A stretch of 32,000 bases of DNA from Candidatus Saccharimonadota bacterium (GCA_001029695.1 CP011211.1:330001-362000), one strand, 5' to 3'; positions 6,010 to 14,497 are shown, counted from the first letter of the stretch. A program made the numbers and translations. Notes: generated by a model not told the origin, from the letters alone.

Positions 6010-7068
6010 CTACTCCTCTACTGCTTCTTGTACTTCTATCGTACCACGAGACAAGGCGTCATCGAGTAGCTTTTCGATAAGACTTGAGTAGGTCACCCCT
6101 TCGTGACGCCACAGCTTCGGATACATACTACTGTTGGTAAACCCAGGGATTGTATTGATTTCATTGAAATACAGTTGATTGTCTTCGGATAAAAAGAAGT
6201 CGATCCGTGCAAGCCCCTGACATCCTAGCAGTTCATAGATACGGCTTGCCTGCGCCTGTACGCGATAGCTGAGCTTTTGATCGATGTTGGCAGGAATAGC
6301 TACTTCCGACTTACTCGCACTACTGTATTTATCTTCATAGTTATAAAAGTCTTCGCCGGGAATCACCTCACCTACCGAGCTAACATGATGCTTCGGCGGA
6401 GTGCCGATAACAGCCACTTCCAGCTCACGAGCCGTCACACCATGCTCGATGAGCGCGACATCTCCGTATTTGTGCGCTTCACCAAGTGCGATCAAGAGAT
6501 CGTCTTCGCTATAGACCTTGCTTACTCCTACGGAACTTCCTGAGCGGGTTGGCTTCACAAAAAGCGGTACGCCAAGCGTCATCGTGAGATGATTAAAGTC
6601 AGGCAACGTATCCGACGCGTGGTGCACTTCATACGGAACGACCGTTATGTCGTGTGCAGTAAGAATCTGCTTGCTCACTAGCTTATCCATACCGACAGCG
6701 CTAGCAGTCATGTCACAGCCGACAATAGGAATATGAAGTAGTTGCGCCAACCCCTGTACGCTGCCGTCCTCACCATTCTCACCATGTAGGATAGGCAAAA
6801 TGACATCTGGTTTAACAACCTTACTGCCTGGCATCGTCACAAAACTACCTCCGCCGAGTGCCGGTAGTAGTTGCGGCGAGCCGTGATAATCAATCACTGT
6901 GTCGAGGCGATCAAGCAGCCACCACTTTCCAGATGGATCAATATACCCAAGGACAACCTCGTATTTTGTGTCGTCGATCGCAGCAAAAACATTGCGCGCA
7001 GAAGAGACAGAGACATCATGTTCAGATGATTCACCGCCAAAAAGAAGAAGTACGGTTTTTCTTTGCAT
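6010..7068 (-). CDS. ddl: D-alanine--D-alanine ligase, 352 aa
   Basis: VLLLFGGESSEHDVSVSSA at the N-terminus, ILPILHGENGEDGSVQGLAQLL, ATP-grasp motifs (FVKPTRSGSSVGVSKV, ARIDFFL, YFNEINTIPGFT) and SMYPKLW are all classical Ddl signatures. Confidence 0.92.
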   Translation of the reverse strand: MQRKTVLLLFGGESSEHDVSVSSARNVFAAIDDTKYEVVLGYIDPSGKWWLLDRLDTVIDYHGSPQLLPALGGGSFVTMPGSKVVKPDVILPILHGENGEDGSVQGLAQLLHIPIVGCDMTASAVGMDKLVSKQILTAHDITVVPYEVHHASDTLPDFNHLTMTLGVPLFVKPTRSGSSVGVSKVYSEDDLLIALGEAHKYGDVALIEHGVTARELEVAVIGTPPKHHVSSVGEVIPGEDFYNYEDKYSSASKSEVAIPANIDQKLSYRVQAQASRIYELLGCQGLARIDFFLSEDNQLYFNEINTIPGFTNSSMYPKLWRHEGVTYSSLIEKLLDDALSRGTIEVQEAVEE

Positions 7069-7080
7069 CGTGTAAGTAAT

Positions 7081-7109
7081 AGTATACGAGGTATAATAGA
7101 ACTATGCAA
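7081..7109 (-). promoter_or_regulatory. ddl promoter candidate TTGCAT-17-TATACT
   Basis: -35 TTGCAT is the reverse complement of 7104..7109, so it overlaps the rarA start codon. -10 TATACT is the reverse complement of 7081..7086, with a 17-nt spacer. The -10 ends 12 nt before the ddl ATG, and there is no SD. Confidence 0.6.
7092..7097 (+). promoter_or_regulatory. rarA -10 element (TATAAT), leaderless arrangement
   Basis: A perfect TATAAT lies 6 nt upstream of the rarA ATG (7104), with no SD. It sits inside the spacer of the divergent ddl promoter. Confidence 0.55.
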
Positions 7110-8279
7110 CGAGTACCCCTTGCCGAAAGAATGCGTCCAGCCTCACTCGATGAAGTGATCGGCCAGACACACCTGCTCGACAAAGGCGAAATCTTACGGC
7201 AAATCGTAAAAAACAAAGAGCCCGTCAGCCTCATCCTATGGGGACCCCCTGGTAGCGGCAAGACAACCCTCGCCCGAATCATCGCTCGTGAAGTTGACGC
7301 TGAATTCATAGAGCTTTCGGCAGTCACAAGCGGCAAAAAAGATGTCGAAAAGGTTATCGAGCACGCTCGTCAAAACTGGAACCTTCAGGTGCGCACTATC
7401 CTTTTTGTCGACGAAATCCATCGGTTCAACAAGGCGCAGCAAGATGCTTTTTTACCACATGTAGAGTCAGGCCTTATCACCCTCATAGGCGCTACGACCG
7501 AAAATCCAAGCTTTGAAGTCATCAATCCTCTCCTCTCGCGTAGTCGTGTGCTCGTACTACAACCACTCTCCAAAGACGAGATAATTGTCATCCTCAAGCG
7601 CGCACTAAAAGATGAGAAAAAAACAAAACTCGTCACTCCTAAAGCGCTCGACTATTTAGCCGAGCTTTCCGGTGGAGATGCGCGCGTAGCACTTGGAAAC
7701 CTCGAACTAGCGCTCAGCATGAATGAGTCAAAAGTAACTCCAGATGTCGTCAAAGTTGCTGCGCAAAAACGAGTGCCAGGGTACGATAAAAAAGGCGAAA
7801 TGCACTACAACGTCATATCGGCATTTATCAAAAGTATGCGCGGCAGCAATGTCGATGCAACACTCTACTACCTCGCGCGAATGATCGATGCAGGCGAAGA
7901 TGCCAAGTTTATCGCGAGACGTATGGTGATCTTTGCAAGCGAGGATGTCGGACTAGCCGGCAATGGTGCGCTAGGGCTTGCCCTCAACGCGTTTCAGGCA
8001 GTTGAGCGAATCGGCATGCCCGAGTCAAGCTATATCCTTTTTCATGTGGCAACCGCACTCGCAAAAGCCGAAAAGTCACGCGCCACAACCGATGCTATGT
8101 ACCGCGCCCAGTCACTCGCGTCGCAATACCCCGACGCGCCAGTACCGCTTCACCTACGCAATGCTCCGACAAAACTCATGAAAGATATCGGCTACGGAGC
8201 GGATTATAAATGGGAAGCGGACTTCAAGCATAAAAAAGGCTTCCTACCAGATGCCATTGCTGATAAGAAAATCTTTTAG
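7104..8279 (+). CDS. rarA: replication-associated recombination protein A (AAA+ ATPase, MgsA/RarA), 391 aa
   Basis: [18 protein letters not shown] at the N-terminus, Walker [12 protein letters not shown], Walker [25 protein letters not shown], and the C-terminal MgsA domain motifs ([41 protein letters not shown]). Confidence 0.92.
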   Translation: MQRVPLAERMRPASLDEVIGQTHLLDKGEILRQIVKNKEPVSLILWGPPGSGKTTLARIIAREVDAEFIELSAVTSGKKDVEKVIEHARQNWNLQVRTILFVDEIHRFNKAQQDAFLPHVESGLITLIGATTENPSFEVINPLLSRSRVLVLQPLSKDEIIVILKRALKDEKKTKLVTPKALDYLAELSGGDARVALGNLELALSMNESKVTPDVVKVAAQKRVPGYDKKGEMHYNVISAFIKSMRGSNVDATLYYLARMIDAGEDAKFIARRMVIFASEDVGLAGNGALGLALNAFQAVERIGMPESSYILFHVATALAKAEKSRATTDAMYRAQSLASQYPDAPVPLHLRNAPTKLMKDIGYGADYKWEADFKHKKGFLPDAIADKKIF

Positions 8280-8296
8280 ACAGTCGTCGGACCAAG

Positions 8297-9496
8297 CTAC
8301 TTCGTATCGAACTTGGTGAGTCGCGGAAGTGAACGCTTAACGCGTCGTATCTTCTTTTTGATAAACGACGTTGCAGTCGTAAGAGGCAGCTGATCACTTG
8401 GATGAATGGCACGTTGAAATGCCTCTTCGTAATGATCGACCATTTGACTAATCGCAAACGTCTTTGCGACGTGATCGCGACAATCTTGGCGCTTTAGTTG
8501 GTCAACTTTCCCCACCGCTTCCACCATCTCGGCGATGCTGTGAACGACAAATCCAGTTTTACCATCGACGATAATCTCTGGAGCGGCACCTCGGTGAAGC
8601 GAGATGACGGGCGTTCCACACGCCATTGCTTCAACAGTCGTAAGCCCAAATGGCTCTTCCCACTGAATAGGTGTCAGGACGGCTTTTGCTTTTTGATAAT
8701 ATTTCGGTAGCTGCTCTTGATCCATTCGTCCCAAGAAAAGGATCCGGTCATCAAGCTCTGGCTTAATATACTGATCAAAATAGCCCTGGCTACCATGATC
8801 AATAGGACCGATGATAAGCAGTCGATGGTTTGACGATTTTGCCACCTGGATCGCTTCTTTCACACCCTTGACTGGCGTAATGCGACCCGTAAACAGTAGA
8901 TAATCTTCGTGTTCATCTGAAAAGTTAAACAGCTCGACATCGGTACCGTTGTACACTGTCGAAAGATACGGCAGATCGGGCGCGTCGCGACGTTGGTTGT
9001 TTGAAATCGACACATAGTGTTGATTTGGTGAATTGTACAGCTCAAATAGTTCTCGATACCACGGATAGATAGGGTCGTGCAGCGTATAGACCGTCGGAAT
9101 ATCGAGATACTTCACGGCTGTCGACAATGCAGATTCTGGATGATGGAAATAAAGCAAATCAAACTCACCAGCGCGGGCTCGTTCGTACATTTCATTGACC
9201 ATGTATCTATCCCAAAGACCATGGACGTCGTGAGATAAATGCTCGGTGTTGTCGAGAAGTGCAGTAAATTCTTGCTGGTTCTTTACGAGCGGCCGGAGAT
9301 TCATCGTCTCAACTGTCACATTTTGACCGTGCACTTCAGTGCCTATAGGAGCAAATAATGTCACCTGATGACCTTTCGCTCCGAGCCCTTTTGCAATCGC
9401 AACGGCAAGATCAATTGGCGCATAAATCATGTCTTTTGGCCGTGGCATTGGTATAAATGCACGAACCATAATGGCAATTTTCATAGATTTATTCAT
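8297..9496 (-). CDS. glycosyltransferase family 4-like (GT-B fold) protein, 399 aa
   Basis: The C-terminal motif EEPFGLTTVEAMACGTPVISLHRGAAPEIIVDGKTGFVV is the retaining GT4/GT5-type nucleotide-sugar binding signature. The N-terminal KIAIM...GLGAKGHQVTLFAP is typical of GT-B proteins. An alternative start lies at M5 (9484). The substrate is unknown. Confidence 0.75.
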   Translation of the reverse strand: MNKSMKIAIMVRAFIPMPRPKDMIYAPIDLAVAIAKGLGAKGHQVTLFAPIGTEVHGQNVTVETMNLRPLVKNQQEFTALLDNTEHLSHDVHGLWDRYMVNEMYERARAGEFDLLYFHHPESALSTAVKYLDIPTVYTLHDPIYPWYRELFELYNSPNQHYVSISNNQRRDAPDLPYLSTVYNGTDVELFNFSDEHEDYLLFTGRITPVKGVKEAIQVAKSSNHRLLIIGPIDHGSQGYFDQYIKPELDDRILFLGRMDQEQLPKYYQKAKAVLTPIQWEEPFGLTTVEAMACGTPVISLHRGAAPEIIVDGKTGFVVHSIAEMVEAVGKVDQLKRQDCRDHVAKTFAISQMVDHYEEAFQRAIHPSDQLPLTTATSFIKKKIRRVKRSLPRLTKFDTK

Positions 9497-9528
9497 TTCT
9501 TTACTTTATTTAACCATAGTGAGCTACA

Positions 9529-9556
9529 AATTAGTGTGAAATATTTCACACTAATT
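9529..9556. promoter_or_regulatory. perfect 28-bp palindrome with CRP-consensus core TGTGA-N6-TCACA
   Basis: AATTAGTGTGAAATATTTCACACTAATT is its own reverse complement. It overlaps the trehalase stop codon (9551..9553). Its centre is 46.5 nt upstream of the GT4 ATG (9496). Confidence 0.5.
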
Positions 9557-11149
9557 ATCTTCGTCCAGTAACACTGCAAGGACTCCGTTCGTCCAGCCAA
9601 AGCCGTCCTGTAGTGGATACTCGCCACCTGCTCCAATGCGATCATGATTGCTGACATTGTACTTTTCAATCATCTTGCTCTTGTTTTTGAATACCGTCAG
9701 CCCTGAAGTAACCCACGCCTGTTTGATCTTGTCTGCAAGTGTATAATGACCGTATTCACGTAGTCCCTGGATGACAATCCAGTGAAGTGGTGCCCAGCCA
9801 TTCGGCGCATCCCATTGCTGACCATTATCCACCAGTGTCGTCACCAGCCCACCGTCTTTCAAAAAGTCTTTTTCTAGACGCTCAGCAACCGCTTTCGCCT
9901 GTGCTGCTGTGGCGATTTTTGCGTATAGCGGAAAGACACCAGCGAGACTGACACTATCCGTCGACTTACCTGTCCTAAAGTCATAGTCCATAAAGAACTG
10001 TTCTTTGTCGCTCCACATATACTTAAGTACTGTGCTAGCACGACGCTCAGCAAGGGTTCGAAACTTACGCGCAAGTAGCGGCTGATACATTAACTGATAC
10101 GCCTCGGCAATTGTTGTCTCAAGCTGATACAGCAAGCAGTTAAGGTCAACTGGCACGATATCGGTCGTATGTATCGTGGTAATGTCTTGAGGACTACTAA
10201 ACCAACGACTGCTAAAATCCCAGCCCGACTCGGCGCCCGCACGTAGATCGAGATACAATCGCTCTGGGTCATGCCCACCTGTTTGCTCAAATGTCTCGAT
10301 GTCCTCACGAAGTGACTCTGGACGCGGCGTCGTCTTGTTGTCAAAATATCGCCCAAGAACAACGCCATTTGGCATCTGCACAACTCGAGCATAGGCACGC
10401 GTATCTATATGACTCCCCACCTGTCGACGACCCTTCACCCAAAAACGATACTCACTCAGCAGATACGGCAGATACTCGAGGAGTGTCCGTGTTCGACCGT
10501 TGTGACGAGCAAGTAGCCGTACCATATGACTAAAGAAGGGTGGTTGCGACCGACTGAGAAAATACGTTCGGTTGGCGGTTGGGATAAATCCAAATTTACG
10601 GATCATATAGGCGTAATTTTTCGTCATGCCTTCGATAAGATCCCAACGATTATCCGCAGCAAGACCTAACATTATAAAATAACTATCCCAGTAAAATTGC
10701 TCCGAAAAACGCCCGCCAGGAACAACGTACGCATGCGGTAGCGCGATTAACGACCCTCGATCGACGCGATTTCTCCGTTTTAATACATCCCACAATGATG
10801 AAACATGCTCACGGGCGGATATGTCGACATTTGTATGATACGTCGATTCACTAGGATTAAATTCATAAAAATGACGTGTCACAAACTCCCGTAGATCAAA
10901 ACTCGGGTCTTGCTTTGCGAGTAGGTACTCCTTTTTGATCTGCGTTGCGCGCTTCTTCGGGATAAGATCGACAAATGTTTTACCGTCCGCATATATCTGA
11001 TCCTGCTGGACGTGCGTGAAGAAGTCACCGTACGCTTCGTCAGGGCTCTTATCTGCACGGATCAACGTACCTGTTGTTGCAACAAGAGCAGATTTGACCC
11101 TGTCATTGACCGCAAGCTTAGGAATAGTAAGTGTTAGTTTTTTTGCCAT
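9551..11149 (-). CDS. alpha,alpha-trehalase (glycoside hydrolase family 37), 532 aa
   Basis: Both trehalase signatures are present: PGGRFSEQFYWDSYF (PGGRFxExYxWDxY) and QWDAPNGWAPL (QWDxPxGWxP). No obvious signal peptide or TM segment at the N-terminus, so it is probably cytoplasmic (TreF-like). Confidence 0.88.
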   Translation of the reverse strand: MAKKLTLTIPKLAVNDRVKSALVATTGTLIRADKSPDEAYGDFFTHVQQDQIYADGKTFVDLIPKKRATQIKKEYLLAKQDPSFDLREFVTRHFYEFNPSESTYHTNVDISAREHVSSLWDVLKRRNRVDRGSLIALPHAYVVPGGRFSEQFYWDSYFIMLGLAADNRWDLIEGMTKNYAYMIRKFGFIPTANRTYFLSRSQPPFFSHMVRLLARHNGRTRTLLEYLPYLLSEYRFWVKGRRQVGSHIDTRAYARVVQMPNGVVLGRYFDNKTTPRPESLREDIETFEQTGGHDPERLYLDLRAGAESGWDFSSRWFSSPQDITTIHTTDIVPVDLNCLLYQLETTIAEAYQLMYQPLLARKFRTLAERRASTVLKYMWSDKEQFFMDYDFRTGKSTDSVSLAGVFPLYAKIATAAQAKAVAERLEKDFLKDGGLVTTLVDNGQQWDAPNGWAPLHWIVIQGLREYGHYTLADKIKQAWVTSGLTVFKNKSKMIEKYNVSNHDRIGAGGEYPLQDGFGWTNGVLAVLLDEDN

Positions 11150-11210
11150 AACTTACTCTAGTATAGTGGTTGTGATTATCAGATGTAAACAGTGTTTTTA
11201 TATAACTATA

Positions 11211-11239
11211 TTGACAATACATACAACTTATGCTAATAT
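11211..11239 (+). promoter_or_regulatory. near-consensus promoter TTGACA-17-TGcTAATAT
   Basis: -35 TTGACA at 11211..11216, an exact 17-nt spacer, TG at 11231..11232, and -10 TAATAT at 11234..11239. It points away from trehalase, toward the small ORF at 11317. Confidence 0.65.
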
Positions 11240-11316
11240 GTATACATGTGAATACGACGTATCCCGTCGAAAAACACACATAAACACACTAAATAATAAA
11301 AATAGACAAGGAGCTC

Positions 11317-11391
11317 ATGAGTGAATCAAAAACGGATTGCTGTCCGATACGAAGAGTAAGTTATTCCTACCCACCCTACTACAACAACTAG
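11317..11391 (+). CDS. candidate small ORF, 24 aa (MSESKTDCCPIRRVSYSYPPYYNN)
   Basis: The ATG is preceded by AAGGAG at 3-nt spacing, the same spacing as the AAGGAGG before ABC1 in this window. It lies about 70 nt downstream of the strong promoter and ends 11 nt before a 9-bp hairpin. It is too short for compositional support, and the transcript could equally be a non-coding RNA. Confidence 0.3.
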   Translation: MSESKTDCCPIRRVSYSYPPYYNN

Positions 11392-11402
11392 CTAAACAGC
11401 GC

Positions 11403-11426
11403 TCCCACTAGAAAGGACTAGTGGGA
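11403..11426. terminator. hairpin between the small ORF and the convergent ZIP gene
   Basis: A 9-bp stem TCCCACTAG (11403..11411) / CTAGTGGGA (11418..11426) with loop AAAGGA. It contains the ZIP stop codon. The U-tracts are weak on both strands. Confidence 0.4.
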
Positions 11427-12230
11427 CGTTTCATGCTCATGCTCTTCATGTGTCGAATGATCACCATGAGAGATAAATGAGTGCGCAATAGTTGTACTTG
11501 CCGCTACAAATATAACACCAAAAACCAGTATCGCCGTTTGGATATTTGCGATCTTGCGTCGAGGCTCGGCATGGATAGTCGGTATAATATCACTGGCCGC
11601 AATATAGATGAAAAATCCACCTGTGATAGCAAGGAGCAATGATTCCGAGATCGGAAGTGCACCGCCAAAAGCATACACTAAGACTGCTCCAACTACCGTA
11701 GCAAGTGCGCTGAATAAATTCGCCCACAGCACAGTCGATCGCCGCATACCCTTTGCGAGCAGAAGTCCAAAGTCACCTATTTCTTGAGGTATTTCATGAG
11801 CTGCAATCGCAATCGTCGTCACGATACCCGTTGCGGGGCTTACTAAAAATGCCGCACCAATTGCGAGACCATCGATAAAATTATGCAACGTATCCCCAAC
11901 AATGATCAGTGATGCATTGCGACGAGGTCCGTGAGTATGCGTGTCCTCTTCATGGTGATGATGAAACCAACCGAGTCCACGCTCGAGAATAAAGAAAAAT
12001 AGAAACCCTATCAATGCCACTTGAAGTACCTGTGAGGCTTCGCCGTTTTCGAGCGCCTCTGGAAGCACATCGAAGAATGCTGCCGCGAGTAGTGCCCCAG
12101 CCGCAAACGGCACCGCCACACGCTGCAGCTTGGCAACACCCCATTTACCGTAAAGAAGGTACATACCTCCAATAAGCGAGACGAGACTGCCTGCTGTTGC
12201 TGCAATAAGTAAAATAAACCATTCGTTCAT
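11418..12230 (-). CDS. ZIP family metal (zinc/iron) transporter, 270 aa
   Basis: A multi-pass membrane protein with a His-rich cytoplasmic loop (WFHHHHEEDTHTHGP), the conserved HNFIDGLAIG and AIAAHEIPQEIGDF motifs of ZIP/ZupT proteins, and a His/Glu-rich C-terminal tail (HGDHSTHEEHEHETSH). Confidence 0.85.
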   Translation of the reverse strand: MNEWFILLIAATAGSLVSLIGGMYLLYGKWGVAKLQRVAVPFAAGALLAAAFFDVLPEALENGEASQVLQVALIGFLFFFILERGLGWFHHHHEEDTHTHGPRRNASLIIVGDTLHNFIDGLAIGAAFLVSPATGIVTTIAIAAHEIPQEIGDFGLLLAKGMRRSTVLWANLFSALATVVGAVLVYAFGGALPISESLLLAITGGFFIYIAASDIIPTIHAEPRRKIANIQTAILVFGVIFVAASTTIAHSFISHGDHSTHEEHEHETSH

Positions 12231-12309
12231 AACTGTCGTAGTGTACCAAGTCTACGCTAGTTTTAGCAACTTTGTTGCAATTTCTAAAAATATTGCGCTA
12301 CTCTCGATC

Positions 12310-12343
12310 AAAAAATGAGGCTCAACTGGGAGCCTCATTTTTA
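12310..12343 (-). terminator. bidirectional rho-independent terminator after typA
   Basis: AAAAAATGAGGCTC-AACTGG-GAGCCTCATTTTT has a 9-10 bp stem flanked by an A-tract and a T-tract. It lies 16 nt downstream of the typA stop. Confidence 0.8.
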
Positions 12344-12358
12344 TTACGCTGCTTGCGA

Positions 12359-14182
12359 TTACTTCTTTGAGTTACGCTTGCGCTGGTTTGGATCAAGGAA
12401 ACGCTTGCGAAGTCGGAGTGACTTTGGCGTCACTTCAAGCAACTCGTCGTCTTCGATGAAGTCAATCGACTGCTCAAGGCTAAGATCAGTAAATGGCGTT
12501 AGCTGCACTGTACCATCACTTGAAGATGTACGCATGTTTGTTAACTGCTTGCCACGACATACGTTTACGTCAAGATCACCCTGGCGATTATACACACCAA
12601 CGATCATACCCTGATAGACAGTCGTACCTGGGCCAACGAACAACTCACCTCGAGATGCCGAGTTATCAAGTGCGTAAGCAGTAGTTGAGCCAGCTTCGGT
12701 AGCAATAAGAGCACCGTTTCGTGTCTGCTGAAGCTTCGGACCAATTGGCTGGTAGCCATGAGGAAGGCTATTAATGATAACTGTACCCTTGGTAGCAGTA
12801 AGTAGCAGGTTACGAAGACCAATCATTGCGCGTGTCGGCAAAATGTATGTCGTACGCGTTGTACCACTACTTGTCTGCTCTTGCTTCACGAGTGCTGCAC
12901 GTCGTGTCCCGAGCTCTTGGCTCACTGCACCGAGGAATTCTGCCGCTACTTCGATAAGAAGCTCTTCAACAGGCTCTTTTAGCTCGCCATCCTCTTCGAT
13001 TGTTACTACTTGTGGACGACCAACTTCGAATTCAAAGCCTTCTCGACGTAACGTCTCGATAAGCACTGAAAGGTGAAGTTCACCACGACCAGAAACAGTA
13101 AATCCAATTCCATCATCTTCAACACGGAGTGAGACATTTGTTTCGATCTCTTTTTTGAGTCGATCACCAATCTGACGTGAGGTGTTAAATTCTGCTTCTT
13201 TACCCTTCATTGGGCTCGTGTTTGGACCAAGATACATACTGAGAGTTGGTGCTTCGATATCAATAACAGGAAGTGCTTCAGGATTTTCCTTGTCTGCAAT
13301 CGTCTCACCGATATGCGCGTCAGCAATACCAGTAAGTGCAACAATATCACCCGCACTTGCTGCATCAATCTCTTCGCGATTGAGTCCGCGGTAACCAAAA
13401 ATCTTGTCGATCTTAGCGTTGAGCTGTGTACCATCACGCTTGATAAGTACAACTTGCTGAGCTTTCTTGATATCACCACGAGTAATACGACCAATTGCAT
13501 ATTTACCGAGGAAGTTATCGTACTGAAGTGACGTAACGAGCAGCTGGAATGGCTTGTCGACTTCTACGGTTGGCGCTGGAATGTCGTTGATGATTGCATC
13601 GAAGATAGGACTAAGATCAGTGTGCTCTGCAGGATTTTCAGGAAGCTCTTTCCAAGCTTTTCCATCGCGGCCAATTGCGTAATACACAGGATAATGTAGC
13701 TGACTATCCTCAATAGCAAGCTCCAAAAATAGGTCAGACACTTCGTCGATCACTTCGTCGATACGACGAGAAGGCTTGTCAATTTTGTTGATGATAACAA
13801 CTGGCTTAAGACCAAGCTCTAGGGCCTTTGAAAGCACGAACTTTGTCTGAGGCATTGGACCTTCTTGCGCATCTACGACAAGTAGGACGCCATCGGCCAT
13901 GTTAAGTGTACGTTCAACTTCACCAGAAAAGTCGGCGTGGCCCGGCGTATCGATAATATTGATCTTGTAATCATCATGGTAGATCGAAGTCTGCTTTGCT
14001 GTAATCGTAATACCACGTTCGTGCTCTTGATCACCGCTATCCATGATAAGGTCTTGGTTCATCTCCGCTTGGTTATCACGGAATGTGTTTGACTGCTTAA
14101 GCAATCCGTCAACCATAGTAGTTTTACCGTGGTCAACGTGCGCAATAATTGCGATGTTGCGAATAAATTTAGGGTCTTTCAT
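12359..14182 (-). CDS. typA: translational GTPase TypA/BipA, 607 aa
   Basis: [19 protein letters not shown] (G1), [21 protein letters not shown] (G3), NKIDK (G4), and EF-G-like domains through to the C-terminus, with the length typical of BipA. Confidence 0.95.
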   Translation of the reverse strand: MKDPKFIRNIAIIAHVDHGKTTMVDGLLKQSNTFRDNQAEMNQDLIMDSGDQEHERGITITAKQTSIYHDDYKINIIDTPGHADFSGEVERTLNMADGVLLVVDAQEGPMPQTKFVLSKALELGLKPVVIINKIDKPSRRIDEVIDEVSDLFLELAIEDSQLHYPVYYAIGRDGKAWKELPENPAEHTDLSPIFDAIINDIPAPTVEVDKPFQLLVTSLQYDNFLGKYAIGRITRGDIKKAQQVVLIKRDGTQLNAKIDKIFGYRGLNREEIDAASAGDIVALTGIADAHIGETIADKENPEALPVIDIEAPTLSMYLGPNTSPMKGKEAEFNTSRQIGDRLKKEIETNVSLRVEDDGIGFTVSGRGELHLSVLIETLRREGFEFEVGRPQVVTIEEDGELKEPVEELLIEVAAEFLGAVSQELGTRRAALVKQEQTSSGTTRTTYILPTRAMIGLRNLLLTATKGTVIINSLPHGYQPIGPKLQQTRNGALIATEAGSTTAYALDNSASRGELFVGPGTTVYQGMIVGVYNRQGDLDVNVCRGKQLTNMRTSSSDGTVQLTPFTDLSLEQSIDFIEDDELLEVTPKSLRLRKRFLDPNQRKRNSKK

Positions 14183-14220
14183 AAAAATATGCCCAGATTT
14201 GACGGGCTTCCTTTAGGCAT

Positions 14221-14229
14221 ATTATAGCA
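14221..14229 (-). promoter_or_regulatory. extended -10 promoter element TGCTATAAT upstream of typA
   Basis: The reverse complement of 14221..14229 is TGCTATAAT. It lies 38 nt upstream of the typA ATG, and the -35 position reads only TAGAAA. Confidence 0.55.
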
Positions 14230-14303
14230 AATAGTCAAGCATGTTTCTAGTGTAAAACGTGCTTGACTCGCTTTTTCTCGATAAGGTTTACCGAAATTGC
14301 CAT

Positions 14304-14340
14304 AGAAAAAAGACAGATCGAAATGATCTGTCTTTTTTCT
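14304..14340 (-). terminator. bidirectional terminator after tRNA-Leu
   Basis: A perfect 16-bp inverted repeat AGAAAAAAGACAGATC / GATCTGTCTTTTTTCT with loop GAAAT, immediately 3' of the tRNA. Confidence 0.8.
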
Positions 14341-14341
14341 A

Positions 14342-14428
14342 TGGTGCGCGAGAGAGGACTTGAACCTCCACGCCCCGAAGGGCACCAGCCCCTCAAGCTG
14401 ACGCGTCTACCAATTCCGCCACTCGCGC
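14342..14428 (-). tRNA. tRNA-Leu (anticodon GAG), long variable arm, CCA encoded
   Basis: The reverse complement is GCGCGAG TG GCGGAATTGGTAGACGCG TCAGC TTGAGGG GCTGG TGCCCTTCGGGGCG TGGAGGTTCAAGTCCTCT CTCGCGC A CCA, 87 nt. This is a class II tRNA architecture. Confidence 0.9.
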
Positions 14429-14450
14429 TTACAGGGTGATTACTCGAACG

Positions 14451-14479
14451 ATTATACTGTAGTTTACTAGCCGATGCAA
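14451..14479 (-). promoter_or_regulatory. promoter for tRNA-Leu, TTGCAT-17-TATAAT
   Basis: -35 is the reverse complement of 14474..14479 and -10 is the reverse complement of 14451..14456, with an exact 17-nt spacer. The -10 ends 22 nt before the tRNA 5' end. Confidence 0.7.
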
Positions 14480-14497
14480 TAACAGTTTCTGTACGAG

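Noticed and set aside
11016-11324. 102-aa plus-strand ORF
   Set aside because: It begins antisense to the trehalase 5' end and reads through the promoter and AT-rich leader. It is replaced by the promoter plus 24-codon ORF interpretation.
12315-13531. Several 63-100-aa ORFs on both strands within typA
   Set aside because: They overlap the highly conserved typA reading frame and have no independent signals.
14179-14385. 68-aa minus-strand ORF
   Set aside because: It spans the typA promoter, a 16-bp terminator palindrome and part of tRNA-Leu, so it is not a plausible gene.
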